From an uncultured Bacilli bacterium (GTDB taxonomy: Bacteria > Bacillota_I > Bacilli_A > RF39 > UBA660), in the NCBI GenBank assembly GCA_934098455.1, contig CAKOOU010000001.1:135933-199932 (forward strand): 64,000 nt of DNA. The letters are read 5' to 3'. Positions within the stretch are counted from its first letter, which is position 1, and every line of letters starts with the position of its first letter. Below the pieces are notes generated by a model. The model was not told the origin of the DNA. It ran no database searches and saw only the letters and a list, made by a program, of their open reading frames with translations. Made by a program: the position numbers and the translations under genes. Below are positions 37,231 through 46,530 of the stretch, one piece after another.

Positions 37231-37431
37231 TCAAATCTTTAGCAGAATTATAATGCTGTAGAAAAAAACATCATATATAGAACCCCTGTAATAAGAATCA
37301 GCTATATAGTATGCAATAACCTCAGGCATAATATAGCTTATTACAAAATCATCATAATCATCAATGAATGATTTTAATATAGCTTCAAATTCTTCATCAC
37401 TAATATCGCCATTTGTGTTTTTTCTAATCAT
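37231..37431 (-). CDS. Hypothetical small acidic protein
   Basis: It reads MIRKNTNGDISDEEFEAILKSFIDDYDDFV after GGAGGTG. The C-terminal part looks unnatural, so it may be truncated. Confidence 0.3.
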   Translation of the reverse strand: MIRKNTNGDISDEEFEAILKSFIDDYDDFVISYIMPEVIAYYIADSYYRGSIYDVFFYSIIILLKI

Positions 37432-37570
37432 AGACACCTCCAATTTGTTGTATTAATCACTCTGTAATATGATTTTTGTCAAGCAAAAATTGAAAATATC
37501 AAGAATATTTTGAAAAAATAAAAATAAATGTTATAATTAAAATAGCTCTATAATAACAGGAGGAATGCTA

Positions 37571-37777
37571 ATGAATATTAGTTATGATAAATTATGGAAA
37601 TTAATGATTGATAAAAAAATAAATAAAACACAATTGTGTGAAAAGGCTGGTATTACTACTAATGCAATGGTTAAACTTGGAAAAAATGAAACAGTACAAG
37701 TAGAAACATTAATTAAAATATGTAAAGTTTTAGAATGTAGTATTAATGATATTATGGATGTAAAATTGGAAGGATAG
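37571..37777 (+). CDS. XRE-family helix-turn-helix protein (possible controller of the adjacent R-M)
   Basis: It has the HTH KTQLCEKAGITTNAMVKLGKNETVQVETLIKICKVLECSINDIM. ATG 37571 lies 7 nt after AGGAGG. It ends 10 nt before mod. Confidence 0.8.
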   Translation: MNISYDKLWKLMIDKKINKTQLCEKAGITTNAMVKLGKNETVQVETLIKICKVLECSINDIMDVKLEG

Positions 37778-37787
37778 GGATAGTGAG

Positions 37788-39542
37788 ATGAAAGAAAATA
37801 TATTTGAAATAGTTGAAAATAAATTAAAATCTAATGAAGAATATGTAACAGAAGATGGAAAACTTTTAAAAACAAAAGTTTATTCTGATGTAATGACAAT
37901 GAACGAAACATTAATAGAAAGTTTAATATCAGATGAAAAAATTAAGCAACATTTTTTTATAAATATAAAAGGTAATTATGTATTTGATAAACAAAAATTT
38001 GCATGGTTTATTGAATCAAAAGAATTTCTGCCAGATAGCTATACAATTTTTTCAAATAAAGTTGGATTAACTGTTGATAATAAGTATTTATCTCAAAATA
38101 AAGATGTAGTATTAAGTTTTCCTTTTAAAGATTGTGTATTAGAAGGTGGTCAAACTAAGGAAGATCAGAAAAGAAAAGAAATTTTTTATAATGAAACAAT
38201 TGCTAGTGATGAAATTTCAACAATGTTATCACCAAAAGTATTATCAAATGCTAAAAGATATACAAAAGAAGGAATTGAAACAAATATTGAATTAAATATT
38301 AATGATAATTTAGTTATAAAAGGAAATAATTTAATAGGAATCGCTTCATTGTTAAAAAAATATGAAGGAAAAATTAAATTAATTTATATTGATCCACCTT
38401 ATAATACAGGTTCTGATTCATTCTCATATAATGATGAATTTAATAGAAGTTCATGGTTAACATTTATGAAAAATAGATTAGAAATCGCAAAAAGACTTCT
38501 TACTCCAGATGGTGCAATATATGTCCAACTTGATTATCATCAAGTACATTATGCTAAAGTTTTAATGGATGAGATTTTTGGAGAAGATAATTTTCAAAGA
38601 GAAATTATTTGGAGAATTGGATGGCTTTCAGGTTATAAAACAATAGACAAGAATTGGATTAGAAATCATGATACAATTCTATTTTACTCAAAAAATAATG
38701 ATTTAATGAAAAAAAGTTTTAATAAAGAATATATACAAAATGATGAATTTAAGGAATATATTGATGAATCATCGTTATTTACAAAATTAAAAGAATATGG
38801 ATTATCAAAACAAGAAACAAAAGAAATAGCTAAATTTATTAACCATGATAATAGAACAGATAAGTATCCTATAGAAGATGTATGGAACGGAAATGAATAT
38901 GATGATTTAAATAGTATTGCTATTGTATCATTTTCTGGCGAAACTGTTTCAAAGATGTTGAATCCAGATGATGAAGTTAAAGGACAGAAATCAGAAAAGT
39001 TAATTGAAAGAATTATTAATGCTCATACTAAAGAGGGAGATTTGGTTTTAGATTTCTTTGGCGGAGCAGGTACAACGGGTGCTGTAGCACATAAAATGAA
39101 AAGAAAATATATTTTGTTTGAACAATTAGATAAACATATAGATATAATGACAAGAAGATTACAAAAAGTTATTGAAGGAGAGCAAAGTGGAGTTTCCAAG
39201 AGAAACAATTGGACTGGTGGAGGGTCATTTGTTTATTGCGAATTAAAAGAAAATGCACAAAAATTAATTGAAAAAATAAAAAACTCAGATGATCAAACAA
39301 TTAATAATATTAAAGAACAGGTTTACAATGATGAAAGAATAGTATCTTATATTTCTAAAAAAGAATTAAAAATAGGAGAAGAAGAATTTGCGAATCTTTC
39401 GCTTGAGGACAAGAAGATTTTATTAATTTCTATAGTTGACAAAAATAAATTATATATAAATTTAAGTGACATAGAAGATGAAGAGTCCAATGTTTCTGAA
39501 GAGGAAAAGAAATTTACAGAATCTTTTTATAAAGAGGTGTAG
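37788..39542 (+). CDS. mod: Type III restriction-modification methyltransferase (Mod, beta-class N6-adenine)
   Basis: Motif IV IYIDPPYNTGSD precedes motif I LDFFGGAGTTGAVA (order IV-TRD-I). It is followed immediately by res. Confidence 0.9.
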   Translation: MKENIFEIVENKLKSNEEYVTEDGKLLKTKVYSDVMTMNETLIESLISDEKIKQHFFINIKGNYVFDKQKFAWFIESKEFLPDSYTIFSNKVGLTVDNKYLSQNKDVVLSFPFKDCVLEGGQTKEDQKRKEIFYNETIASDEISTMLSPKVLSNAKRYTKEGIETNIELNINDNLVIKGNNLIGIASLLKKYEGKIKLIYIDPPYNTGSDSFSYNDEFNRSSWLTFMKNRLEIAKRLLTPDGAIYVQLDYHQVHYAKVLMDEIFGEDNFQREIIWRIGWLSGYKTIDKNWIRNHDTILFYSKNNDLMKKSFNKEYIQNDEFKEYIDESSLFTKLKEYGLSKQETKEIAKFINHDNRTDKYPIEDVWNGNEYDDLNSIAIVSFSGETVSKMLNPDDEVKGQKSEKLIERIINAHTKEGDLVLDFFGGAGTTGAVAHKMKRKYILFEQLDKHIDIMTRRLQKVIEGEQSGVSKRNNWTGGGSFVYCELKENAQKLIEKIKNSDDQTINNIKEQVYNDERIVSYISKKELKIGEEEFANLSLEDKKILLISIVDKNKLYINLSDIEDEESNVSEEEKKFTESFYKEV

Positions 39543-39546
39543 TTAA

Positions 39547-42162
39547 ATGAATGATAAGTATTTATATGAAACTTTAGAAGCTTTAGAGCAAGCAGGAGTT
39601 CTTCAAGATATTCCAGAAATAATTGAAAATGGCTTATCAACCAAGATAGAGTTAAGGGAATATCAGATACGAGCATTTAAGTATTTTGTAAGTTACTTCG
39701 AAAATCATAATTTACATAAAAATAAACAGATTCATACTTTATTTCATATGGCAACAGGTAGTGGTAAAACAGTAATAATGGCAGGTTTAATATTGTATTT
39801 ATATACAAAAGGTTATAATAAATTTTTGTTTTTTGTTAACCAAACAAATGTTGTTGAAAAAACGAAAGATAATTTTACTAACATATCTTCAAATAAATAT
39901 TTATTTAATAAAGAATTATCACATGCAGGTAATAAAATAAATATTAAAATGGTGGACAATTTTAGTGTTGATCCATTAAATAATGATATTCAAATTTGTT
40001 TCACTACTACTCAAAAATTACATTTTGATTTACAATTTCCAAGAGAAAATTCAATTACTTATAAAGATTTCGAAGATAATAAAATTGTATTTATATCAGA
40101 TGAAAGTCATCATATTAATTCATCAACAAAGAAATCCACAAAAGAAGAAATTGAAGAAAATAATAGTTGGGAATACTCTGTTACACACGCTTTATCTCAA
40201 AATAGAGATAGTATCATGTTAGAGTTTACAGCAACAGCAGATCTTAAAGATAAGAATGTTATAAACAAATATAAAGATAAAATAATTTTTGATTATCAAT
40301 TGAAAAAATTTAGAGAAAGCGGATATACCAAAGATTTTCAAAATTTTGCAACAGAATCAGAATTGTGGGATAGAACTTTAATGGCTTTGATATTAAGTGA
40401 ATATAGAAGATTTTTATTTAGTGATAATAAATTAAATGTTAAGCCTGTAGTCATGTTAAAATCACAGCGTGTTGCAGAATCAAAAGAATTTTATGAATTA
40501 TTTTTTGATAAGGTAGAGCACTTATCAAGCGAAGAAATCAAAATGTTACAATCAACAAATATTCAAATTTTATCCAAAGCATTAAACTATTTTAAAGAAA
40601 AAGACCTAACATTTGAATTACTGGAACATAGTATTAAGAATTCTTTTACAAAAGATAATGCAATATATATGAATGAAACAACAGACAATAATAGAGAAAA
40701 ACAATTGTTAGTAAATTCTTTGGAAGATAAAGAAAATCCAATTAGAATTATTTTTACAGTTGATATGTTAAATGAAGGTTGGGATGTCTTGAACCTATAC
40801 GATATCGTTCGACTTTACGATACAAGACAAGGAAGCGGAAAAGCTGGAAAAATAGGAAACTATACAATTAAAGAAGCACAGTTAATAGGTCGTGGTGCCA
40901 GATATTGTCCGTTTAAAATAAATGATGAACAAGAAATGTATAAAAGAAAATATGATAATGATTTAACAAATGATTTGAGAATATTAGAAACTATGTTTTT
41001 TCATAGTAGAAATGATTCATCATATATAGCCGAGTTAAGACAGGCGTTAATAGAAGCTGGATTACAAGATAAAGATACAATTAAATTAGATTATAAGATT
41101 AAGGAAGAATTTAAAGATACACTGTTTTATAAAAATGCATATGTGTTTTCTAATAAGAGAGTTCCTAAAGATAGAAAAAATATAATTAATATTGAAGATA
41201 GTGTTAAGACAAAAGTATACAGATATACAGTTAGAAGCAATAAAGGTAATGTATTAAGTTTGATGGGAGATCAAACTAATGAGATTAATCAAATTAAAAC
41301 AAATATTAAATCGTTAAAATTCAAAGATATAGAGTATAATATACTAAGAGGTTCAATTGAAAGATTTAATGAATTAAGATTTAATGTGATTAAATCCAAA
41401 TATCCAAATCTTAAAAGTATGAGAGAATTTATAACTTCAGATGATTATTTAGGAAATTCGTCAATTGAAATTACTTATTCAGAATCCTATACATCTAATG
41501 ATATTAGAAAAGCATGTGTTAGAGCATTCGAATCGATTGCATCACATGTTAACACCTTAAGACAAAATTATGAGGGGACAAGACAATTTGAACCTATAAT
41601 GTTGAATAATGTTATTAAAGATAAAAGTATATATTTGACAAAGATTGATGAAAATGGTGGAAAAGGAGATTCACAAAATTCATGTATTAATCCTGATTAT
41701 AGGTTGAATTTGCTAGAAGAGGATTGGTATATATTTAATGATAATTATGGAACAAGTGAAGAAAAATTATTTATAAAATATTTTAAAACAAACATTCAAC
41801 CTAAATTGGATGAAAAACAACTTGAATATTATGTAATTAGAAATGAAAGAATACCCGAACTAGCAATATATAGTTTTGAACATGGAGAACGATTTGAACC
41901 TGATTTCTTATTGTTTGTTTATAAAAATAATAATGATAGTTTAACCACTCATCAAGTATATGTAGAACCTAAGGGTAGCAATTTGTTACTTGAGGATAAA
42001 TGGAAAGAAGAATTTATGCAACAATTAATTGAAGATGCTACTATAAATCCTTTGTTTGATTATGGAAACAATTACAAAATAATAGGTATGCCATTTTACA
42101 ATGAGGAATATAAAAAAGAAGAATTTGAACAATCCATCAATGAATGGCTTGAAAAATTATAA
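39547..42162 (+). CDS. res: Type III restriction endonuclease (Res: SF2 helicase + PD-(D/E)xK)
   Basis: It has motif I MATGSGKT, motif II ISDESHH, and a C-terminal nuclease-like FEPDFLLF...VYVEPKG. Confidence 0.9.
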   Translation: MNDKYLYETLEALEQAGVLQDIPEIIENGLSTKIELREYQIRAFKYFVSYFENHNLHKNKQIHTLFHMATGSGKTVIMAGLILYLYTKGYNKFLFFVNQTNVVEKTKDNFTNISSNKYLFNKELSHAGNKINIKMVDNFSVDPLNNDIQICFTTTQKLHFDLQFPRENSITYKDFEDNKIVFISDESHHINSSTKKSTKEEIEENNSWEYSVTHALSQNRDSIMLEFTATADLKDKNVINKYKDKIIFDYQLKKFRESGYTKDFQNFATESELWDRTLMALILSEYRRFLFSDNKLNVKPVVMLKSQRVAESKEFYELFFDKVEHLSSEEIKMLQSTNIQILSKALNYFKEKDLTFELLEHSIKNSFTKDNAIYMNETTDNNREKQLLVNSLEDKENPIRIIFTVDMLNEGWDVLNLYDIVRLYDTRQGSGKAGKIGNYTIKEAQLIGRGARYCPFKINDEQEMYKRKYDNDLTNDLRILETMFFHSRNDSSYIAELRQALIEAGLQDKDTIKLDYKIKEEFKDTLFYKNAYVFSNKRVPKDRKNIINIEDSVKTKVYRYTVRSNKGNVLSLMGDQTNEINQIKTNIKSLKFKDIEYNILRGSIERFNELRFNVIKSKYPNLKSMREFITSDDYLGNSSIEITYSESYTSNDIRKACVRAFESIASHVNTLRQNYEGTRQFEPIMLNNVIKDKSIYLTKIDENGGKGDSQNSCINPDYRLNLLEEDWYIFNDNYGTSEEKLFIKYFKTNIQPKLDEKQLEYYVIRNERIPELAIYSFEHGERFEPDFLLFVYKNNNDSLTTHQVYVEPKGSNLLLEDKWKEEFMQQLIEDATINPLFDYGNNYKIIGMPFYNEEYKKEEFEQSINEWLEKL

Positions 42163-42167
42163 AAAAG

Positions 42168-42190
42168 TCTAGAGAATTCTAGATTTTTTT
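42168..42190 (+). terminator. Intrinsic terminator after res
   Basis: The hairpin TCTAGAGAATTCTAGA is followed by T7. Confidence 0.75.
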
Positions 42191-42258
42191 ATAATTGTCA
42201 AAAGTATATTTTTCTTATGATTTAATAAATATCAAAAAATTATCAAGGAGGATATAAT

Positions 42259-42648
42259 ATGGTTAAAAGATATAAAAACTACAAAAAAGAAAGTTCGTAT
42301 ACATTAGTAGCAGGGATAAGTTATTTTATAAGACAATTTTTGTTACCTAATCCATTTTCTAATTTGTTTGAATCAGGGATCACAGAATTAATAAATTAGA
42401 TTTTTGGTGGAATTTTAATAGCTTTAGCATATATTTTAACTGGAACATGGTATGTTAGTAAAAAAGGTGAATATTGGAAAGGTAGTTTAGGATTTTTGAT
42501 TAATTTTTCTGTAGTGACTGGCTTAATATTGTTTATTAGTAAATTTATTACAAATATATATTTGGTGTTAGTAATTTTAATATTTTTATATATTATTTTA
42601 TTTTTTCTAGAAAGATGGCTATTAAATAGACATAATTCTATATTTTAA
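42259..42648 (+). pseudogene. Small membrane protein gene interrupted by an in-frame TAG
   Basis: After AAGGAGG the ORF reads MVKRYKNYKKESSYTLVAGISYFIRQFLLPNPFSNLFESGITELIN, then TAG (42397-42399). The same frame continues IFGGILIALAYILTGTWYVSKKGEYWKGSLGFLINFSVVTGLILFISKFITNIYLVLVILIFLYIILFFLERWLLNRHNSIF. Confidence 0.4.
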
Positions 42649-42869
42649 TTAAATGCAATGCTCATGAAGATGCGCCAAAACATCAAAAAATAAAGTAAAA
42701 AATCTTGATATACTTAGCTTTCGAGAGCGAATTGACGTTTGACAAATTTCCCGGGAACATATTGGGAACACTGGTATAGAACAAGAAAGGTAAAATAAGG
42801 TGTTTTGCGATAAATTTGGCAAATGACAAAAAAAGAATAATGAAAAATATGCTAGAAAATAAGCACACA

Positions 42870-42906
42870 CCAAATCCCCCTGAAGGAGCCGAAAGGCTCC
42901 ACTTTT
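42870..42906 (+). repeat. attR-like core (direct repeat with 33570-33614)
   Basis: It consists of CCAAATCCCCCTGAA, the hairpin GGAGCCGAAAGGCTCC, and ACTTTTTG. Confidence 0.55.
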
Positions 42907-42989
42907 TGTTATCTTAAATAATAAAAATTCCTTAAATGATAGAAAACATAATAATATTTAAGAAATATAGCAAATAAAAAAACATCTAG

Positions 42990-44222
42990 TCATGATGCTT
43001 TATATTGCTTAATATTACTACAAGATTCAGTTTTATACTTCCAATACTCAGTATGAAGTTCATAAGCCAAATCATTTACTTTATCAAAATAAGCATTATA
43101 TATATTTGTTTTTCCAAGTGTAGATAATGCAACTACTATATAAGGATTCTCAGCAAATATAATTGAAACATCATGTATAGATGTATTACCCCATCCACTT
43201 TTATTTGCAACTAAATAATCATTTTTTCCTTCAATAAATTTAGGAGAAGCATTCTTAAAATTTTCCATTATTTCTTTACCATATTTTTCATCTTTTAAAT
43301 AAAATCTATATAATTCTTCCATATAAATAATAGCATCATGTGCATTTAAAACACCCCAATTTGTATTTTGTGAAAATATATATTCCGTACCTTTTTCTTT
43401 CCAAAAATTAAGCATATTTACCCTACCAAACTTATCTTCTAACATATTATGTGCCGCATTATCACTATAAACAGTTGACAATCTTAAAAGTTCTCTTACT
43501 GTATACTTAGTATTAAATTCATTATATTTTAACTTTCCACTTTTAGGATTAAAGTAATTGCTAGTATAAGTCATTTCATCATCTAAATTAATTTTACCAA
43601 GACTAGCCATTTCATAAATATATAAATCAGTAGGTGCTTTAATAGTACTTGCAGTAAAAACTTGTTGAGATTCGTTATATGTTACAGTAAAACCAGTATG
43701 TAAATCTTTATAAGCAAAAGCAAAATGATTACCAGATTCATTATAAAAATCATTTATTTTATCTATAACGTTTTGTACATTAGTAGGAATATTATTTACA
43801 TCGATTTTAGAATTAATACAACTTATTAAATTATCAGCAGCATTATTTGCGTTGTTATCATCTAAATTTTCTTCAGAATATATTTTAACAGTTGCATCTA
43901 TATTTTTATCATACGTCGTAGTATCTTCTTCATATTGGTTTAATTTATAACTATAACTAATATTACTCTGCAATATAATAGACACAAAAATTAAAGATAG
44001 TAAAGCCACAGGAATTAAAAATTTAAAGATTTTCTTTTTATATTCTTTTTTGCTAGTATTAATTTTTTCTTTCTCTGTTTTCAACTCTTTTTCAAATAAT
44101 TTATAATCAAAAACTCTAGTTTTTTCTGCTGTTCCTAATTCTTCTAATACTTCACTTTTAAGTTTTGGAAGTTCTAGTGTAAAACGTTCAATTTCTTCTT
44201 CATTATTACAATTATTATTCAT
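42990..44222 (-). CDS. Membrane-anchored serine hydrolase of the class A beta-lactamase / PBP-like fold
   Basis: It has SxxK (FTASTIKAP), SDN (VYSDNAAHN) and KSG (ANKSGWG) motifs, and one TM segment near residue 70. Confidence 0.7.
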   Translation of the reverse strand: MNNNCNNEEEIERFTLELPKLKSEVLEELGTAEKTRVFDYKLFEKELKTEKEKINTSKKEYKKKIFKFLIPVALLSLIFVSIILQSNISYSYKLNQYEEDTTTYDKNIDATVKIYSEENLDDNNANNAADNLISCINSKIDVNNIPTNVQNVIDKINDFYNESGNHFAFAYKDLHTGFTVTYNESQQVFTASTIKAPTDLYIYEMASLGKINLDDEMTYTSNYFNPKSGKLKYNEFNTKYTVRELLRLSTVYSDNAAHNMLEDKFGRVNMLNFWKEKGTEYIFSQNTNWGVLNAHDAIIYMEELYRFYLKDEKYGKEIMENFKNASPKFIEGKNDYLVANKSGWGNTSIHDVSIIFAENPYIVVALSTLGKTNIYNAYFDKVNDLAYELHTEYWKYKTESCSNIKQYKAS

Positions 44223-44368
44223 ACCCTAAACCACTATCCTTAATATAATAATAACATTATTTGTTTTTAAATACAATTGTTAAACTGTTAGAATGAATTT
44301 TAATCAATCTATGTAAAAAAATACAAAAATCAACTTTTTGATGCTATAATATAATTAGTTAAACAAGT

Positions 44369-44412
44369 GCTAGTACAGGCTTATTTAATAAGTTTTGTGC
44401 TGGCATTTTTTT
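44369..44412 (+). terminator. Leader hairpin + U7 (copy 2) upstream of the Cys-rich repeat protein gene
   Basis: GCTAGTACAGGCTTAT..ATAAGTTTTGTGCTGGC is followed by TTTTTTT, downstream of TGCTATAAT (44342-44350). Differences from copy 1 in the 3' arm keep the pairing (GU to GC, UA to UG). Confidence 0.5.
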
Positions 44413-44432
44413 GATGTAGAAAGGTAGTAAAA

Positions 44433-44999
44433 ATGAAGAAAAAAGTAGTATTATTAATTTGTTTAACAATTATTCCAGTTAATGTCTTTGCAAGAAGAGG
44501 TTGTTGTTCTCATCATGGTGGAGTAGCAGGATGTGGTTCTAATGGCAGACAAATATGTAATGATGGAACATATAGTCCAACGTGTACCTGTGAATCTTAC
44601 AGTTCATACACCGAGACTGTAAAACAAACAGATGTATATGGTTGTACAGATAGTAAAGCAGACAATTATAATAGTAATGCTAATGTGGATGATGGAAGTT
44701 GTAAATACACAATTTATGGTTGTACAGATTCGTCTGCAAATAATTATAATTCAAATGCCAATAAAGATGATGGATCATGCACTTATACAAAATATGGTTG
44801 CATGGATGAAAATGCAATTAATTATGATTCCGAAGCCACTGAGGATGATAACAGTTGTGAATATATAACTAATGATGAAAACAATGAATCGGATGAAAAT
44901 ACAACAGAAGAATCAACAAATCCAATTGGTCCATTAGCAGTATTAGGTGGTATTTCAGGTGGAATTTATTATTTATCAAAGAAGAACAAAAATAAATAA
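44433..44999 (+). CDS. Secreted/C-terminally anchored Cys-rich protein with tandem ~26-aa repeats
   Basis: It has a signal peptide and an N-terminal RRGCCSHHGGVAGCGSNGRQICNDGTYSPTCTC. Three repeats follow of the form YGC(T/M)D..A.NY.S.A..DD(G/N)SC.Y. It ends in an acidic linker and a C-terminal TM segment plus KKNKNK. Confidence 0.75.
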   Translation: MKKKVVLLICLTIIPVNVFARRGCCSHHGGVAGCGSNGRQICNDGTYSPTCTCESYSSYTETVKQTDVYGCTDSKADNYNSNANVDDGSCKYTIYGCTDSSANNYNSNANKDDGSCTYTKYGCMDENAINYDSEATEDDNSCEYITNDENNESDENTTEESTNPIGPLAVLGGISGGIYYLSKKNKNK

Positions 45000-45058
45000 T
45001 TTTAAAAGCAATATATATAATTTTAATTCATTATAAAAGATATCAAGAATTTTCAAAC

Positions 45059-45667
45059 TTAATATCTTTTTTTATCTAACAAATAACAAATTGTATTAAT
45101 AACTTCATTTTTCATAATATCATAATTTATAGACTCATGTTTATGATACACAATTTCATGACAATAATTTTCAACTATTCCAATAATTATATGTACTTTT
45201 TCAAATAAATTATCAGAACAAATATCATTATTTTTTAAAATATCAACAATCATATTAGTAACTTGAATTTCATTTTCATGATATATATTAGCAATATCAG
45301 AATCCATATGAGTTAAAGCAATCATCTCTTCATGAGCTTTCTTTGATAATGTATGTTTTTTTATAAATAAGTTAAGCATAGTATCTAACAATTCCTCTAC
45401 ATTATCAAAACTTATTTTATTATTCTTAATTATACCTAATATAGGAAACATAATACTATTAGAATATTCTTTAAAACCTTCTATAAATATTTCTTTTTTA
45501 TCATTAAAATATTGATAAACTATCCCAGTAGAAACATCAGCATATTTTGCAATATCGTTAGTATTAGTGTTAAAGTATCCATTATTACACATTAATTCAA
45601 AACCTAATTTAATTATTTTATCTCTTTTTTCTATACTTCTTTTTTGAATAGGCATTCTAGTTGACAT
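45059..45667 (-). CDS. TetR/AcrR-family transcriptional regulator
   Basis: It has the N-terminal HTH KRDKIIKLGFELMCNNGYFNTNTNDIAKYADVSTGIVYQYFNDK. It is divergent from the ABC exporter operon. Confidence 0.9.
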   Translation of the reverse strand: MSTRMPIQKRSIEKRDKIIKLGFELMCNNGYFNTNTNDIAKYADVSTGIVYQYFNDKKEIFIEGFKEYSNSIMFPILGIIKNNKISFDNVEELLDTMLNLFIKKHTLSKKAHEEMIALTHMDSDIANIYHENEIQVTNMIVDILKNNDICSDNLFEKVHIIIGIVENYCHEIVYHKHESINYDIMKNEVINTICYLLDKKRY

Positions 45668-45716
45668 ACATAATCACTTCCACAAATTAATTATACTACA
45701 AAAAAACCTATTTTAA

Positions 45717-45800
45717 AATATGAAAAAAATATCATATTATATTGACTTAATAATTATATATTATTATAATATATCTGAAATGTGAAATTAATATCATATT
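45717..45800. promoter_or_regulatory. Two 7-8-7 palindromic operator candidates flanking the ABC operon promoter
   Basis: The operators are AATATGA-N8-TCATATT (45717-45738) and AATGTGA-N8-TCATATT (45779-45800). Between them lies TTGACT-N17-TATAAT (45742-45770). Confidence 0.5.
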
Positions 45801-45818
45801 TAGAAAGAAGGAAATAGT

Positions 45819-46529
45819 ATGGAAGAATTAATAAAATTTGAACATGTGAAAAAAACATATAATGTAGGAGAAAAGAAATTTAATGCATTAAATGATGTAA
45901 GTTTTACAATTAATAAAGGAGAATTTGTAGTAATATTAGGCCCAAGCGGTGCAGGTAAATCCACTCTTTTAAATCTTTTAGGTGGAATGGATACTTTAAC
46001 AAGTGGAAGAATTAAAATAGGAGAAGATGAAATATCAAAATTTAATGATAAAGAATTAACGAATTATAGAGCAGAAAACATAGGATTTATTTTCCAATTT
46101 TACAATATACTACCAACATTAACTGTTTTAGAAAATGTTAATTTAGTTAAAGAAATAGTAAAAAAACCAAAAAATGCTAAAGAAGTTTTAAAAGATGTTG
46201 GATTATCAAAACATTTAAACAAATTTCCTAATCAATTATCTGGTGGTGAACAACAAAGAGTTTCAATAGCAAGAGCTATAACAAAAAATCCAATCTTACT
46301 TTTATGTGATGAACCAACTGGAGCATTAGATTCAAAAACAGGAGTTGAAGTACTTAAACTATTAAAGAAACAATGTGATGCAAATAATGGTCAAAACACT
46401 GTAGTAATAGTTACTCATAATAGTTTAATTGCAGAAATAGCAGATAGAGTAATTAGATTGAAAAATGGAGAGATAGAAAGTAATACAATCAATAAAAAAC
46501 CAAAAGAGATAGATGAGGTAGAGTGGTAA
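45819..46529 (+). CDS. ABC transporter ATP-binding protein (MacB/LolD-like)
   Basis: It has Walker [10 protein letters not shown], the signature LSGGEQQR, and Walker B LLLCDEPT. Confidence 0.93.
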   Translation: MEELIKFEHVKKTYNVGEKKFNALNDVSFTINKGEFVVILGPSGAGKSTLLNLLGGMDTLTSGRIKIGEDEISKFNDKELTNYRAENIGFIFQFYNILPTLTVLENVNLVKEIVKKPKNAKEVLKDVGLSKHLNKFPNQLSGGEQQRVSIARAITKNPILLLCDEPTGALDSKTGVEVLKLLKKQCDANNGQNTVVIVTHNSLIAEIADRVIRLKNGEIESNTINKKPKEIDEVEW

Positions 46530-46530
46530 T

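Larger units (their letters stand above)
33585..42884. mobile_element. Decayed integrative island (~9.3 kb) carrying defence-type genes
   Basis: It is bounded by the direct-repeat cores at 33570 and 42870. Phased GGGAACA-type repeats lie just inside both ends (33669-33686; 42753-42770). It contains integrase and HNH pseudogenes, a KAP NTPase, a type III R-M system and a disrupted membrane ORF. Confidence 0.55.

Noticed and set aside
37788-39542. Phase-variable simple-sequence repeat in the type III mod gene
   Set aside because: Only short A-runs (up to about 7 nt) typical of the genome are present. No tetra- or pentanucleotide repeat or long homopolymer was seen.
42649-42873. Two overlapping minus-strand ORFs (74 and 61 aa) at the island's right end
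   Set aside because: They have no RBS, and they span the arm-type repeats and the att-like core. The region is better explained as non-coding element-end sequence.
44632-44868. 78-aa alternative-frame ORF inside the Cys-rich repeat gene
   Set aside because: It is an artefact of the repetitive DNA. The annotated frame has a signal peptide, a regular Cys pattern and an RBS.
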